A stretch of 46,060 nt of DNA, from the NCBI GenBank assembly GCA_003602635.1, contig QQSJ01000039.1, positions 1 through 46,060 on the forward strand, given 5' to 3'. The position numbers were made by a program, and so were the translations under genes. Below, piece by piece: positions 1 through 9,022 of the stretch (position 1 is its first letter; each line of letters starts with the position of its first letter). The DNA is from Candidatus Poseidoniales archaeon (lineage in GTDB: Archaea; Thermoplasmatota; Poseidoniia; Poseidoniales; Poseidoniaceae). The notes beneath the pieces were generated by a model, which ran no database searches, had not been told where the DNA came from, and saw nothing but the letters and a program-made list of their open reading frames with translations.

Positions 1-1922
1 TTTCGCGCGGCACGAGCAGCGGCGCCTGAGGGGACCGGACGAGAGGTGCGCGGGGAGACCAAGGCAGTCACGGACCAAATGAACGCAGAGGAACCTGCAG
101 CGCCCAACACAAACACGGACGGATAGGCAAAGAGGAAGATGGCCAACACGATGATGGAGAGAAGGACCACTTCGGTCATCAGCAGGGCTCGACGACGCTG
201 CCGAGAGACACGCCACCCAAGCGCGATGCCCCCGATCAGCACGGCCATGGTTCCAAGCAGGACCACCAACGGTGCATAGAGCGGTGCGCTCGTGGGTGCA
301 GCGATCAATTCGAAGGTCAATCCTTGGTCGAGGTCTTCACCGCTGAGCACCGCGACTTCGCCCATCGGCATACGCCGATGATTGAGGCTCAGCCCATCGG
401 CGTCACCCAAATCCAAGCCAGCCAGTGAGGTCAAGCCAGACGTGCGAAGGGTGAGATCAATCGACCATTCCGACCAGAAGGGAACCGGCTGGACGACGAT
501 GAAATCCCTGACCAAATCGATGAGCGTCCCGTCCGCCACGCGTTCTCGGGAACGGATGGTGATGGTCACGGGATGGCTGATGACGCGCTCTTCCCCATGG
601 AGGTCCAGCGCGACACCGACCGTGTCAAAGTCACCCGAATCGCCGATGAGTTCGTCGGGTTTGAGACCAAGGCCATTCGACAGGAAGGAAACGTGCAGTT
701 TCCCCATTTGTTGCTCGAATTCTTGCCGTTCGACCGATTCAATCATGCGGCTTTCCCGCTCTTCGTCGCCGACGCCTCCCGCGCGGAAAGACCGAATGGT
801 GGGGGAGAGCGCGAGATCCTCGCTTCCAAGGTGATCGAGGGACCACCGCATCCAGAACGACATTTCACCGTCCAACGTGATGGAAGTCTCGCGTTCAAAG
901 ACAAGTTCGCCCCTGTCCTGAGACACGTCCAACGTTCCAACGATCGACAACGACGAGCCCGCACCGGTCGTACGAAGCGGCTCTTCTGATGGGTAGTACG
1001 TGCCACCACCGCCTTCGCCTCCTTCGGTGACGAAGGTCACTTGGGTGGTCTCGCTGGTGATCGTGGCGCCGCCGCTTTGCAAACGCAACGTGACTTCGAG
1101 GTTCATCGTTCGCTCCCCTGGTTCGTCGTCGGTGTAGGTCCATGTGACACGGATGCCATCCGCGGATTGGGTTTCGACCGGGTCGCCTGAAATCGCATTC
1201 CCATCGAGTCGAAGGGTCAAGTCGTTGCTGAACGCGAGAAGGTCTGTGCCAAAGGGTGATGCAAGGACGACACCGATGTATGCATCCGCGCCGTCCGTTT
1301 CCACGTCCAGCAGACTCATCTCGACCGCTGACAGTTCGCCTGAGATCGACGCATCAGCATCCTCTGCGCCCCACTGAACCGAAAGTTGGGAGCCGCTTTG
1401 TGGAACGGAGAAAATCACGGAACGAGCGAGCAGGACCACTTCGAGGTCCCATCCGTCCCCAACGGTGGTTTCGTCCACTTGAACGTCGAAACTGACCGTG
1501 CTCGACCCTTGCCCGACAAAGGTCGACGGCGCTGGAAGCTCACCGACAAAGACGTTGGAACCGATGGCCACTTCCACCGAGAAATTCACTTGCGCGCCGC
1601 CGGCATTTTCGACGAGCACCGGCAATCGAATCGACCACGTTGAATCCGGGACGGTGCCCGCGTAGAGGTCTTGGAGCCGCCACGTGGCCACCACTTCTTC
1701 TGATGTGACGGCGTTAGCGATGACCGCACTTTCTGGATCATCGCCAAGGCGCTCAGAAAATGGGCTGAGTGCCCCGTTGTCCGCTGAACCCAGCATGAAG
1801 AGTTCAAGGTCCACGGCCGGGCAACAGATGACCTCTGAGGAAGATCGACCTTCAACGGCCGTAGCGGACGGAACGAAGACCAACGGCGCCAACATCAGCA
1901 ACGCCACGAGGACTTGCCGCAC
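1..1922 (-). CDS. Hypothetical secreted/membrane-anchored protein; 3' end runs off the window (partial)
   Basis: I translated the minus frame from GTG at 1922 (9 nt after the upstream stop) down to position 1 and found no stop. It is absent from the ORF track because it is unterminated in the window, and no other ORF is listed in that frame. The N-terminus (M)RQVLVALLMLAPLVFVPSATA looks like a signal peptide. Two hydrophobic helices lie near the window edge (LVVLLGTMAVLIGGIALGW; VVLLSIIVLAIFLFAYPSVFVLGAAG). No family recognised. Confidence 0.6.
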   Translation of the reverse strand, partial: MRQVLVALLMLAPLVFVPSATAVEGRSSSEVICCPAVDLELFMLGSADNGALSPFSERLGDDPESAVIANAVTSEEVVATWRLQDLYAGTVPDSTWSIRLPVLVENAGGAQVNFSVEVAIGSNVFVGELPAPSTFVGQGSSTVSFDVQVDETTVGDGWDLEVVLLARSVIFSVPQSGSQLSVQWGAEDADASISGELSAVEMSLLDVETDGADAYIGVVLASPFGTDLLAFSNDLTLRLDGNAISGDPVETQSADGIRVTWTYTDDEPGERTMNLEVTLRLQSGGATITSETTQVTFVTEGGEGGGGTYYPSEEPLRTTGAGSSLSIVGTLDVSQDRGELVFERETSITLDGEMSFWMRWSLDHLGSEDLALSPTIRSFRAGGVGDEERESRMIESVERQEFEQQMGKLHVSFLSNGLGLKPDELIGDSGDFDTVGVALDLHGEERVISHPVTITIRSRERVADGTLIDLVRDFIVVQPVPFWSEWSIDLTLRTSGLTSLAGLDLGDADGLSLNHRRMPMGEVAVLSGEDLDQGLTFELIAAPTSAPLYAPLVVLLGTMAVLIGGIALGWRVSRQRRRALLMTEVVLLSIIVLAIFLFAYPSVFVLGAAGSSAFIWSVTALVSPRTSRPVPSGAAARAAR

Positions 1923-1931
1923 AGAATCACC

Positions 1932-2315
1932 TCAAAGCGCACGTTCGAGGAGGGTTCCAAGTTCTTTCTCAAACAGACCAACGAGGGCCGTTCCAATCTC
2001 CCCTTGAAGTTCATCGGGGAGCATGCGAAGACCGAGACGCGTCGCGGCTCGGCTGGCTTTCAGTTCGGCGTACACCGACCGTGCCTTGGCTTGGAAGTAG
2101 TAGCCCACAGCCTCCTTGATTTCTTCCTTGAGTTCGGGGTCGTCGTCGATGACGTTCCTGATGTGGGCCTTGAGTTCGTCCTTGACCAGATCACGGAAGG
2201 TCTCGAGGACGAGGTCCTCGGTGGCCATCAGGTCTTGAATCTGGTCGCGGATGCCGCCCGTCAACAAACGCTCGATGGCCATGGTCTTCCATTGGCAGGA
2301 GTTCCTTGAAGGCAT
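1932..2315 (-). CDS. Small acidic helical hypothetical protein (116-127 aa)
   Basis: ORF with ATG at 2315 (6 nt after the upstream stop) or ATG at 2282 (MAIERLL...). Its stop lies 9 nt before the next gene start, which looks operon-like. Codon usage resembles the neighbours. No recognisable motif. Confidence 0.5.
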   Translation of the reverse strand: MPSRNSCQWKTMAIERLLTGGIRDQIQDLMATEDLVLETFRDLVKDELKAHIRNVIDDDPELKEEIKEAVGYYFQAKARSVYAELKASRAATRLGLRMLPDELQGEIGTALVGLFEKELGTLLERAL

Positions 2316-2321
2316 TGGTGT

Positions 2322-3233
2322 TCAGTTTGGCTCCACCAAGGTCCCGGTGGTCAAGAGCGCATCCATTCGACGGCTCATCGAAACGCGACCTTGAGCGCTG
2401 TCCGAAGGAGGTTCTGCGGCCAGTCGTGCGGCCTGCTCCAACACGTCGAGCGGATCCCCCGGCAGGACAGGACGATGCCAAACGACCTCTTCCAACCGGG
2501 CGGAGGCCATGTCGGTGTGCCGTAAAGCAGGAAGGACGGCTTCGGAAAGACCCCGCGATCGCGCTTCATGATCCATCCGAGGCCATGCCCGTCGAAGCCG
2601 GTTCAGCAAGGTCGGTGACAGACCTTCGGGCAACTCGCTCGGCAGGGTGTCCACCTCAGCAAGGTTTGCGACCCGCATGGTCCCTTCCTCGCAGAGATGA
2701 TCACGCAAGACGGTGTACCATGGATCGTAACTGGCGTCCAGGGCCCCACGTCCCCACTGAGCGAGCAGGACCCACGGTCGAACGCGTCGGACCCGAGGAC
2801 CTGAGGGAGCCATGTGCTCCGCAACCAAGGCACACAAGAGCGCAGGACTCAACGCTCCAGTTCTGGAACGTTGCTCGTGGCCCATGTCAACGGAAGCGCC
2901 CACAGGGACGAAGGAGATGTGCGGCCCTTCCGAAGCCGGCAAGGCAGGATGCGCGTCGTGTTCTTCGACGACCGTGCAATGGATCTCGCCAGCCTTGATC
3001 TTCGGTGCTTCGCGTTCCGAAGCAGGAAGGAAATGGGTCGAGGGTGAAAGCGCACGACGGTACGGCAGGCCGCGGTCAAGCAGCGCGGCTTCCAATTGCA
3101 CCAAGCCAAGAACGACGTTGAGTTCCGCAGCGCCGTCCAGCACCACGGTAGGTCCAGCAGTCAATGAGGACGCAACGTGTTCTGCCCAAGACGCGGCCTC
3201 GGCGAGGCCATCGATGGAAGACAGGGGCGACAT
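2322..3233 (-). CDS. Hypothetical protein (303 aa); weak resemblance to a degenerate DHH/RecJ-like N-terminal domain
   Basis: ATG at 3233, immediately downstream of rps15 on the same strand. The segment TVVLDGAAELNVVLGLVQLEAALLDRG has the strand-loop-helix pattern of DHH motif I, but the Asp/His residues are replaced. The family call is tentative. Confidence 0.55.
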   Translation of the reverse strand: MSPLSSIDGLAEAASWAEHVASSLTAGPTVVLDGAAELNVVLGLVQLEAALLDRGLPYRRALSPSTHFLPASEREAPKIKAGEIHCTVVEEHDAHPALPASEGPHISFVPVGASVDMGHEQRSRTGALSPALLCALVAEHMAPSGPRVRRVRPWVLLAQWGRGALDASYDPWYTVLRDHLCEEGTMRVANLAEVDTLPSELPEGLSPTLLNRLRRAWPRMDHEARSRGLSEAVLPALRHTDMASARLEEVVWHRPVLPGDPLDVLEQAARLAAEPPSDSAQGRVSMSRRMDALLTTGTLVEPN

Positions 3234-3276
3234 CGTCCCGCCTCAGCAGCGGGGACACATCAACCTGCGCCAGCGT

Positions 3277-3732
3277 TCACTCCACCATGAGGCGGAGTTG
3301 GTCACGCTTGTAGCGCCATTCGGTGTCGAGGCGCCCTTCACCGATGTAGTAGGTCGCCAATCGGCGGATTTTTGCTTCCGTGAGCTCCAAAGCACGACGG
3401 TTGTGGAGGTCCTTGTGGTTGCTTCCCATGTGGTCGATGAGGCCGGCAGCGCGGCGCATGAGGTTCATCATGTCCTCTGGGTAGGTGCCGCTCAAATCGG
3501 CTTCAGCGAGCACCGCACCGATGCGGCGGCCAAGCACGAGGCGAGCGTTGGGGACCGCGTGGCGGTCACGGAGGAAGGTCCCGATCTGGGCGGTGGAATG
3601 GCCGGCCTTGGCGTAGTCCAGAATGAGGGCTTCAACGGCCGCCTTGTCCGTGTTGGACCAAGCGGGCGCTTCGCTCACGTACGGCTTGGACGAGCCACTG
3701 ACACCTTTGCGGGACGAGTACATCCTTGCCAT
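3277..3732 (-). CDS. rps15: 30S ribosomal protein uS15 (archaeal S15P/S13e type)
   Basis: This is the C-terminal 151 aa of the 233-aa ORF, starting at ATG 3732 (verified). It begins MARMYSSRKGVSGSSKPY... (S13e-type N-terminal extension) and contains the S15 core ...HKDLHNRRALELTEAKIRRLATYY... The upstream 82 codons are Arg/Pro-rich junk. Confidence 0.9.
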   Translation of the reverse strand: MARMYSSRKGVSGSSKPYVSEAPAWSNTDKAAVEALILDYAKAGHSTAQIGTFLRDRHAVPNARLVLGRRIGAVLAEADLSGTYPEDMMNLMRRAAGLIDHMGSNHKDLHNRRALELTEAKIRRLATYYIGEGRLDTEWRYKRDQLRLMVE

Positions 3733-3800
3733 GCATGGACCTCCGAACGGTCCGGCGACCTGCTCTCCCCTCTTAACCGCATCGCCGCGGGCCTCCAATC

Positions 3801-5585
3801 TCAAAGGCGCTGATGCGCTTTGGCGAGACGCCCTGGAGTGCCGGCCCATTCCCATCCGGGGGCAAGGGCTCGTGCAAGACCGACGGGGCGTCCGTCTTGC
3901 ATCACCAAGAGGTCTGAACCAACGCGGATGTCCCCTTCGACACGTTCCACGATGCCCACGTGGATGTCGCCTTTCCAAGCGATTCCAGCGACCAGATGAA
4001 CCGTCGGCAGCGCTGCTCCATCGGCCAAGCGCAGCACGGAGGCCTTTGACAACGCAAATCCACCACGGTCAGGCGACCATTGTCCAATTTGATCTCCTCC
4101 GACCATGATGCGGAAGCGCGGAGGGCGTCCACGGACCTCAACACCGTCCAACCAACCGTCCCCGCCCAACAAGCGTCGTGAAGCGCTTCGCCATTCATCG
4201 AGATGCATGGTGTCCCGCGAACGGCGACGAGCGCCATGGGTGCGGATTGCCTCGCGAACCGCCTCGCCCAACCGGTCGAGGGCTGCGCGAGAGCCCGCGG
4301 AGTCGCCTTGGCGTGTCTCCACACGAGGCAAGCCCATGTAGCAAGATTCTGGAAGGGCCAAGCCGGAATGATCCACGATGCATTGGTAATCATGTGCTGC
4401 GATGAGCGCAGACAGCATGCGACCAATGCGACCCACTTCGTCGGCGCTCCATCGCCCGGTGACCGCCAAATCGTAATGCCGCGCAGGCCACGTTTGCTCC
4501 ACGTCGCGGGGCACCAAACCGAGGGGCGAGGTCACCATCACTTCGTGCACTGCGTTGGTCCCAATGGCCTCAATGAACCTTCGATGTGATTTCGATGTAC
4601 GGTACGGCTTCCGGGCCGAGCAGGGCAGAAGAACAAGCACGCGGTCGAGGCCTTCGGGAGCACGGTAGTCCGTGCTCATCCATCGCACCCAATCGGCCAC
4701 GGCCGGCTCATGCAGCGTGGTTTCTGACATGCACATCAAGCGCCGCTCCCGTGGAACATGACGTTCCAAGAGGCCCTCCATCGATGCACAGGCCGTGTCG
4801 TGGTGGCGAAGTTGAGCCACGGTCGATGGGGCGACGAGGGCTTGACGGTCCACGACTTGACGAAGCGTGCCTGCGCGAAGGTGTTCACGAACTTCCGCAA
4901 TGGCCGCGGTCCACGCCTCGACTTGCTGCTCCATGGCCGCGGATTCACCGAGGTCTTCAGCGGGTGTTCGTGGGCCTCCACGGTCGAGGAGCATCCCCGA
5001 GGCCGAGGCTTGACGGGACCGTGTCAAGTCAAACAAATCGACACCAAGCCAAGTGAGCAACGCAAGGTTGTCGGGACCACCGATGCCGGGTGCCCATAGC
5101 AAGGCCCCGGGGAACCGACGCTTGACGGCCACGAGCGCGTCGATGAAGCGTGCTGGCGCACTGGTCAGCGCCAGAGCATCGGTCAACACGACCACCTGAG
5201 GTGCCAGTGCTGGATCCATCAGTTCCGGATCGTGGCGCATCCGTTGCCATGAGACAGGCAGCAATGGACCGGTCCCTGCTGCTTCTCCCGCGTCTGCTTC
5301 TTCCATCTCGGGTGGCAAGACGTGACCGAGGCTGACGGACCATGAGGGCCCCGGCGCATCGAAGGCTGGCACCTCAAAGGCACCTCGTCCTGACAAGGTC
5401 AACGTAGCAGGGAGCGTTCGCGTCGTATGCGCTTCGAAAGGAGCGAGCGCGACCTCGACGGAAGGATCCCCCTCGATCAGCACCAGGCCCGGCGTCCTCG
5501 CACCGGGGGCGGCTCGGTCACCAAGACCCCAGCTCCTCGCGAACCGGTCGCGCGTCTGGACGGTTCGCCCAAGCACGCCGTCCAT
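3801..5585 (-). CDS. arcS: Archaeosine synthase ArcS (TgtA2; TGT-like N-domain, DUF5591-type domain, C-terminal PUA)
   Basis: Exact ArcS signature PCSARKPYRTSKSH (PC-x3-KPY-x2-S-x2-H) at 4584..4625, verified on the DNA. There is a TGT-like N-terminus (...TVQTRDRFARSWGL...) and a PUA-like C-terminus (...IRVGSDLLVMQDGRPVGLARAL...). I prefer the ATG at 5585. The ORF-track start at 5639 is a TTG that would leave only 3 nt to the divergent gene. Confidence 0.85.
   Translation of the reverse strand: MDGVLGRTVQTRDRFARSWGLGDRAAPGARTPGLVLIEGDPSVEVALAPFEAHTTRTLPATLTLSGRGAFEVPAFDAPGPSWSVSLGHVLPPEMEEADAGEAAGTGPLLPVSWQRMRHDPELMDPALAPQVVVLTDALALTSAPARFIDALVAVKRRFPGALLWAPGIGGPDNLALLTWLGVDLFDLTRSRQASASGMLLDRGGPRTPAEDLGESAAMEQQVEAWTAAIAEVREHLRAGTLRQVVDRQALVAPSTVAQLRHHDTACASMEGLLERHVPRERRLMCMSETTLHEPAVADWVRWMSTDYRAPEGLDRVLVLLPCSARKPYRTSKSHRRFIEAIGTNAVHEVMVTSPLGLVPRDVEQTWPARHYDLAVTGRWSADEVGRIGRMLSALIAAHDYQCIVDHSGLALPESCYMGLPRVETRQGDSAGSRAALDRLGEAVREAIRTHGARRRSRDTMHLDEWRSASRRLLGGDGWLDGVEVRGRPPRFRIMVGGDQIGQWSPDRGGFALSKASVLRLADGAALPTVHLVAGIAWKGDIHVGIVERVEGDIRVGSDLLVMQDGRPVGLARALAPGWEWAGTPGRLAKAHQRL
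4584..4625 (-). other. ArcS signature motif PC-x3-KPY-x2-S-x2-H
   Basis: The reverse complement reads CCC TGC TCG GCC CGG AAG CCG TAC CGT ACA TCG AAA TCA CAT, which is PCSARKPYRTSKSH. Confidence 0.9.
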
Positions 5586-5642
5586 GCCGGTCGGCAGCCG
5601 GACCTGCACTTCAAAGCGCGGCCAAGACGAGGGCTTCAAACG

Positions 5643-7838
5643 ATGTTGGCGAACCGCACGTGCATGGCGAAGCGAGGTGCGGCCGCCCTCCTCATGCTGC
5701 TCCTCTGCAGCCTGACCGTTGCCTCAGGTTCGGCCAGCACCACCGAAATCGCACGCGAAGAAGCGTGGTACAGCGTCCACGGCGAGGCTGGCTCGTCGTG
5801 GTCCACCACGTTGGACCTTGACGTGGACCAGCGTGGCCTCTTTGCCGTCACGTGCACGTCCTGCGAAGCCCGCGTGACCGACGACGCGGGAAGCACCGTG
5901 GCCTCCGCCGTCGGAGGGCTCCATCTGATTCACGTCGCTGAGGCCAGCTCAACTTTCAATCTCGCTGTGGACTTCGTGGTTGAAGAGCAAGCCAGGGCCA
6001 TGACCCTCGCCTCCACGTTGGTCGACCTTGAACAACGGCCGCCTCCGGGTGCATCGGTGGAAGCTGCTGTGCTTTCGTTGTCCACCGCAGGAGACCTTTG
6101 GTGGGTTGATGCCGATCACGTCCGTCTTGATGCGGGTTGGGAAGGGGCCGAAACCGCCGTGCTGAACGTCTCCGACGATGCGGCTGGGTATCTTTTGGCC
6201 AACGCAACTGGAAACGCGTGGGTCGATGTGGCGGTGCAGCATGCATCGAGCGAAATCAACCTCAGGCTCATCGTCCAAAATGCGACCACAGAAGCCACCC
6301 ATTCGACCCACACGCTGGACGAAGACGACCTGCCGTTCAGCCATCGGTTGATGCTCGGCGAAGACGAACGGCTCCTGGCCTTGGTCGAAGGAACCGCTCC
6401 AAACACCGGCGTGGCCATGGCCATGGCCGCGCATCCCACCATGGGAGCCATGCACCACGATCTCAACAACAACGAAGGGTACGTGGTTGGTCATGGTGGC
6501 CAAATCATGGTCCTTGACGTCAACGACACCGACGCGTTGCATCTTGAGCCCGCAGCAGAGACCGACGTGCTGGTCCAGCACCTCGTCCAAGGAACATGGG
6601 TTTCCACGTCAAGTGCTTCCGTGACCAACGCCACCGTCGTTTGGCCCCTGCCCGGGGCCGAAGCCCTGCGCTTGACCTGCTCAAGCCCTGCATGTTTTGC
6701 GACCTTGCGGCACACGATGGCCTCTGACCTCGCAAGCGGAAAGGACGCACCAGGATACGTTGACATCACAGACCAAGCCCTGTTGGACGGTGAACTCATC
6801 GGCCACCTTCCGCTGAACGGAAGCGCAAACGGGCATCTGATTCGAGCCACGCATGACGTGGCGGACGTGTTCCCCCTCCACATCGACGCGTGGGAAGATT
6901 CGATTCACCTGGTCAAGGTCACCTTGTGGACCGATGAACCTGTTCGCGTCGAACTGTTTCCCATCAATCCACTGACGGGTGAACTCGACGACGACGAACT
7001 GAAGGACGAGATTTTGAACGGGCAAGGTGACAGCATCAGCGCACAATTTGGACGAGGGACGCACCTGATTCGAATCAGCCTGTTGGATCAGGACGCCGTG
7101 CTCAACACCACGTGGGGTCAGGATCTCCCGGTCCTGAATTACACCGTTGAAATGGCCCATGGTGTGGTCGATGAAGGCGATGAGCCTTGGTTTGAACCCG
7201 ACGAGGCTTCCCAAATTTGGGGTGAACGTGTTCGGTGGTTCCTCGGGTTCTGTTTCCTGCTCCCGGTGGCGTATTTGGCTCGAATGCAACGCCGTCGTAC
7301 GCGCTTGGCCAACACGATGAAGGCCCAACGCGAACGCCTGCGCCGCATCGTACAACGGCTGGATGAAGGTCGTCCTGTTGAACAAGAACGGCGCGATCTC
7401 AACCTCGCCTTGGACGCCGTGGCCACCTTGGATTTCGAAGATGCATGCCGAAGTTGGGGCAATCCAGACCTTCGGCACCGCACCGATGAACTCGCCATGG
7501 CCGCGTGGAGGCTTGACCCAAGGCTTGCTCGTCAAGGCAAGCATGTGGTTCTGGTTGGGCTTGCAGCTGGACCCCGAACGTGGGAAGCCACGGCGCTGCG
7601 TTTCGATGCGCCCATCGGCGCCTCGTGTTCGGTCTGCGCGGTGGAACCCCGCTTCATGCACCACGGTGAAGACGTGTTCCTCGACACCATCCGCGCAGGG
7701 AGCGTCGTCTTCCTGACCGTGGAACTCGACGGAGAGGCCACGATGGTGGACGTGGAAGTCAACGGCTTGGTCGAGGCCGAACCAAGGGCAGCTCGGGCGC
7801 CCGTGTCGCTTCTGCTTGAGGACCTCGAAGAAGCGTGA
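5643..7838 (+). CDS. Single-pass membrane protein with large extracellular domain and ~190-aa cytoplasmic domain (hypothetical)
   Basis: ATG at 5643 (alternative 5664). Signal-peptide-like MAKRGAAALLMLLLCSLTVASGSAS. TM helix VRWFLGFCFLLPVAYLA is followed by RMQRRRTR (positive-inside). The part of the 803-aa ORF upstream of 5643 overlaps arcS and is rejected. Confidence 0.6.
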   Translation: MLANRTCMAKRGAAALLMLLLCSLTVASGSASTTEIAREEAWYSVHGEAGSSWSTTLDLDVDQRGLFAVTCTSCEARVTDDAGSTVASAVGGLHLIHVAEASSTFNLAVDFVVEEQARAMTLASTLVDLEQRPPPGASVEAAVLSLSTAGDLWWVDADHVRLDAGWEGAETAVLNVSDDAAGYLLANATGNAWVDVAVQHASSEINLRLIVQNATTEATHSTHTLDEDDLPFSHRLMLGEDERLLALVEGTAPNTGVAMAMAAHPTMGAMHHDLNNNEGYVVGHGGQIMVLDVNDTDALHLEPAAETDVLVQHLVQGTWVSTSSASVTNATVVWPLPGAEALRLTCSSPACFATLRHTMASDLASGKDAPGYVDITDQALLDGELIGHLPLNGSANGHLIRATHDVADVFPLHIDAWEDSIHLVKVTLWTDEPVRVELFPINPLTGELDDDELKDEILNGQGDSISAQFGRGTHLIRISLLDQDAVLNTTWGQDLPVLNYTVEMAHGVVDEGDEPWFEPDEASQIWGERVRWFLGFCFLLPVAYLARMQRRRTRLANTMKAQRERLRRIVQRLDEGRPVEQERRDLNLALDAVATLDFEDACRSWGNPDLRHRTDELAMAAWRLDPRLARQGKHVVLVGLAAGPRTWEATALRFDAPIGASCSVCAVEPRFMHHGEDVFLDTIRAGSVVFLTVELDGEATMVDVEVNGLVEAEPRAARAPVSLLLEDLEEA

Positions 7839-8966
7839 TCAGCCACCGCGCCTGCGAACGTCGGCTTCCTCACGGATCCGCTCCTCAAGGTCGCTCGGCG
7901 CCATGTCTTCGCGCAACTCTTCCAACGACGAGCGAACGCTACGAGAGAATTTCTTCGGCATGTGGAGTTTGAGCAACACCACAACATCCCCCCGGCCTCC
8001 GCCGCGAAGCCGTGGGAATCCACGCCGCGGGATGTCGATCGTGTCGCCAGCCGTGGACCCTTTCGGCACTCGGATTTCCAAGGGCTTGCCGTCGAGGTGG
8101 TCCAGTGTGATCGTCGTACCAAGGGCGAGGTCTGCGTAGCCGATTGGGAGCGACATGATGAGGTCGCTTCGGCTTCGCTCGAAGTATGGATGCGGCGAAA
8201 CTTCGAGTTCCACCAAGAGATCACCCGCGGACTGACCGTCCCGGCCGGGTTCGCCCTTTCCGCGCAGACGAAGCCGTGTGCCGTCTTCGGCCCCTGCTGG
8301 GACGCTGAATCGAAGGGTGGTGGTCTGCTCCACACGACCGCGCCCTCGGCATTCTTTGCAGACGGTTTTCGGAATTTTTCCGCGGCCGTTGCACTCCGAA
8401 CACGTGCGGTCTTGGCGAGTTTGGAACGGACCCATTTGGACCATACGAGAGAGGACACCGCGGCCGGAGCATGTGGCACAGGTCTCGAGGGCACCGCCTT
8501 CAGCCCCTGTGCCCGAGCAGGAGGTACACGGTGCGGGGAGGTCCAACTCAACCTCTTCGTCGGCCCCGTTCATCACGTCTTCACTTGAGACGGTATGACG
8601 GTACAGGATGTCGCTCCCACGGCTGCTCCGTTGTCCACCGCCTCCACCGCCTCCGAAGAAAGCTGAGAAAATGTCGGAGCCGCCAAAGAGGTCACTGAGG
8701 TCGACGTTGAAGCCACCGCCGAATCCACCACCGAATCCACCACCCGGGCCATCATGGCCGAAGCGGTCGTACTGGTTCCGCTTGGATGGGTCTGAAAGCA
8801 CAGCATATGCTTCTTGGATTTCCTTGAACCGGTCTTCAGCGTCTGGCTCATCGCTGCGGTCGGGGTGGTACTTTCGTGCAAGACGGCGAAAGGCGTTCTT
8901 GAGCGCCTTCTCATCCGCGTCGCGATCGAGGCCCAGGACCTCGTAGTAATCGCGCTTCCCGCTCAT
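7839..8966 (-). CDS. dnaJ: Molecular chaperone DnaJ (type I: J domain, G/F region, 4x CxxCxGxG zinc finger, C-terminal domain)
   Basis: Starts MSGKRDYYEVLGLDRDADEKALKNAFRRLARKYHPDRS (HPD motif). Gly/Phe-rich linker GGGFGGGFGGGF. Zinc-finger repeats CTSCSGTG, CATCSGRG, CSECNGRG and CKECRGRG. ATG at 8966 verified. Confidence 0.95.
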   Translation of the reverse strand: MSGKRDYYEVLGLDRDADEKALKNAFRRLARKYHPDRSDEPDAEDRFKEIQEAYAVLSDPSKRNQYDRFGHDGPGGGFGGGFGGGFNVDLSDLFGGSDIFSAFFGGGGGGGQRSSRGSDILYRHTVSSEDVMNGADEEVELDLPAPCTSCSGTGAEGGALETCATCSGRGVLSRMVQMGPFQTRQDRTCSECNGRGKIPKTVCKECRGRGRVEQTTTLRFSVPAGAEDGTRLRLRGKGEPGRDGQSAGDLLVELEVSPHPYFERSRSDLIMSLPIGYADLALGTTITLDHLDGKPLEIRVPKGSTAGDTIDIPRRGFPRLRGGGRGDVVVLLKLHMPKKFSRSVRSSLEELREDMAPSDLEERIREEADVRRRGG

Positions 8967-9022
8967 CTCGGCCCCAAGGTGTCGGCTCAGGGGGCCGTCT
9001 TCAACCCAACGCCCGAAGCCGT

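Noticed and set aside
382-1855. Several 60-150-aa ORFs listed on both strands in the first 1.9 kb.
   Set aside because: All lie within, or antisense to, the long unterminated minus-strand frame (1..1922), which has a signal peptide and TM helices. That frame is missing from the track only because its stop lies outside the window.
2306-3813. Plus-strand ORFs of 230 aa (2306..2998) and 333 aa (2812..3813).
   Set aside because: They are antisense to the 303-aa gene and to rps15, and are Arg/Pro/Ala-rich junk translations.
3733-3978. An 82-codon N-terminal extension of the rps15 ORF, giving the 233-aa version.
   Set aside because: The extension is Arg/Pro/Gly-rich, overlaps the arcS 3' end, and precedes a perfect archaeal S15 N-terminus (MARMYSSRKG...). 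ATG at 3732 was chosen.
5586-5639. A TTG-initiated 18-codon extension of arcS.
   Set aside because: It would leave only 3 nt between divergent start codons. ATG at 5585 gives a TGT-like N-terminus. Either start is possible, so this is a low-stakes choice.
6681-8551. Minus-strand ORFs of 327 aa (6681..7664) and 339 aa (7532..8551).
   Set aside because: The first is antisense to the 5643..7838 membrane protein. The second is an alternative frame over dnaJ, whose true frame is unambiguous (HPD motif and CxxCxGxG repeats).
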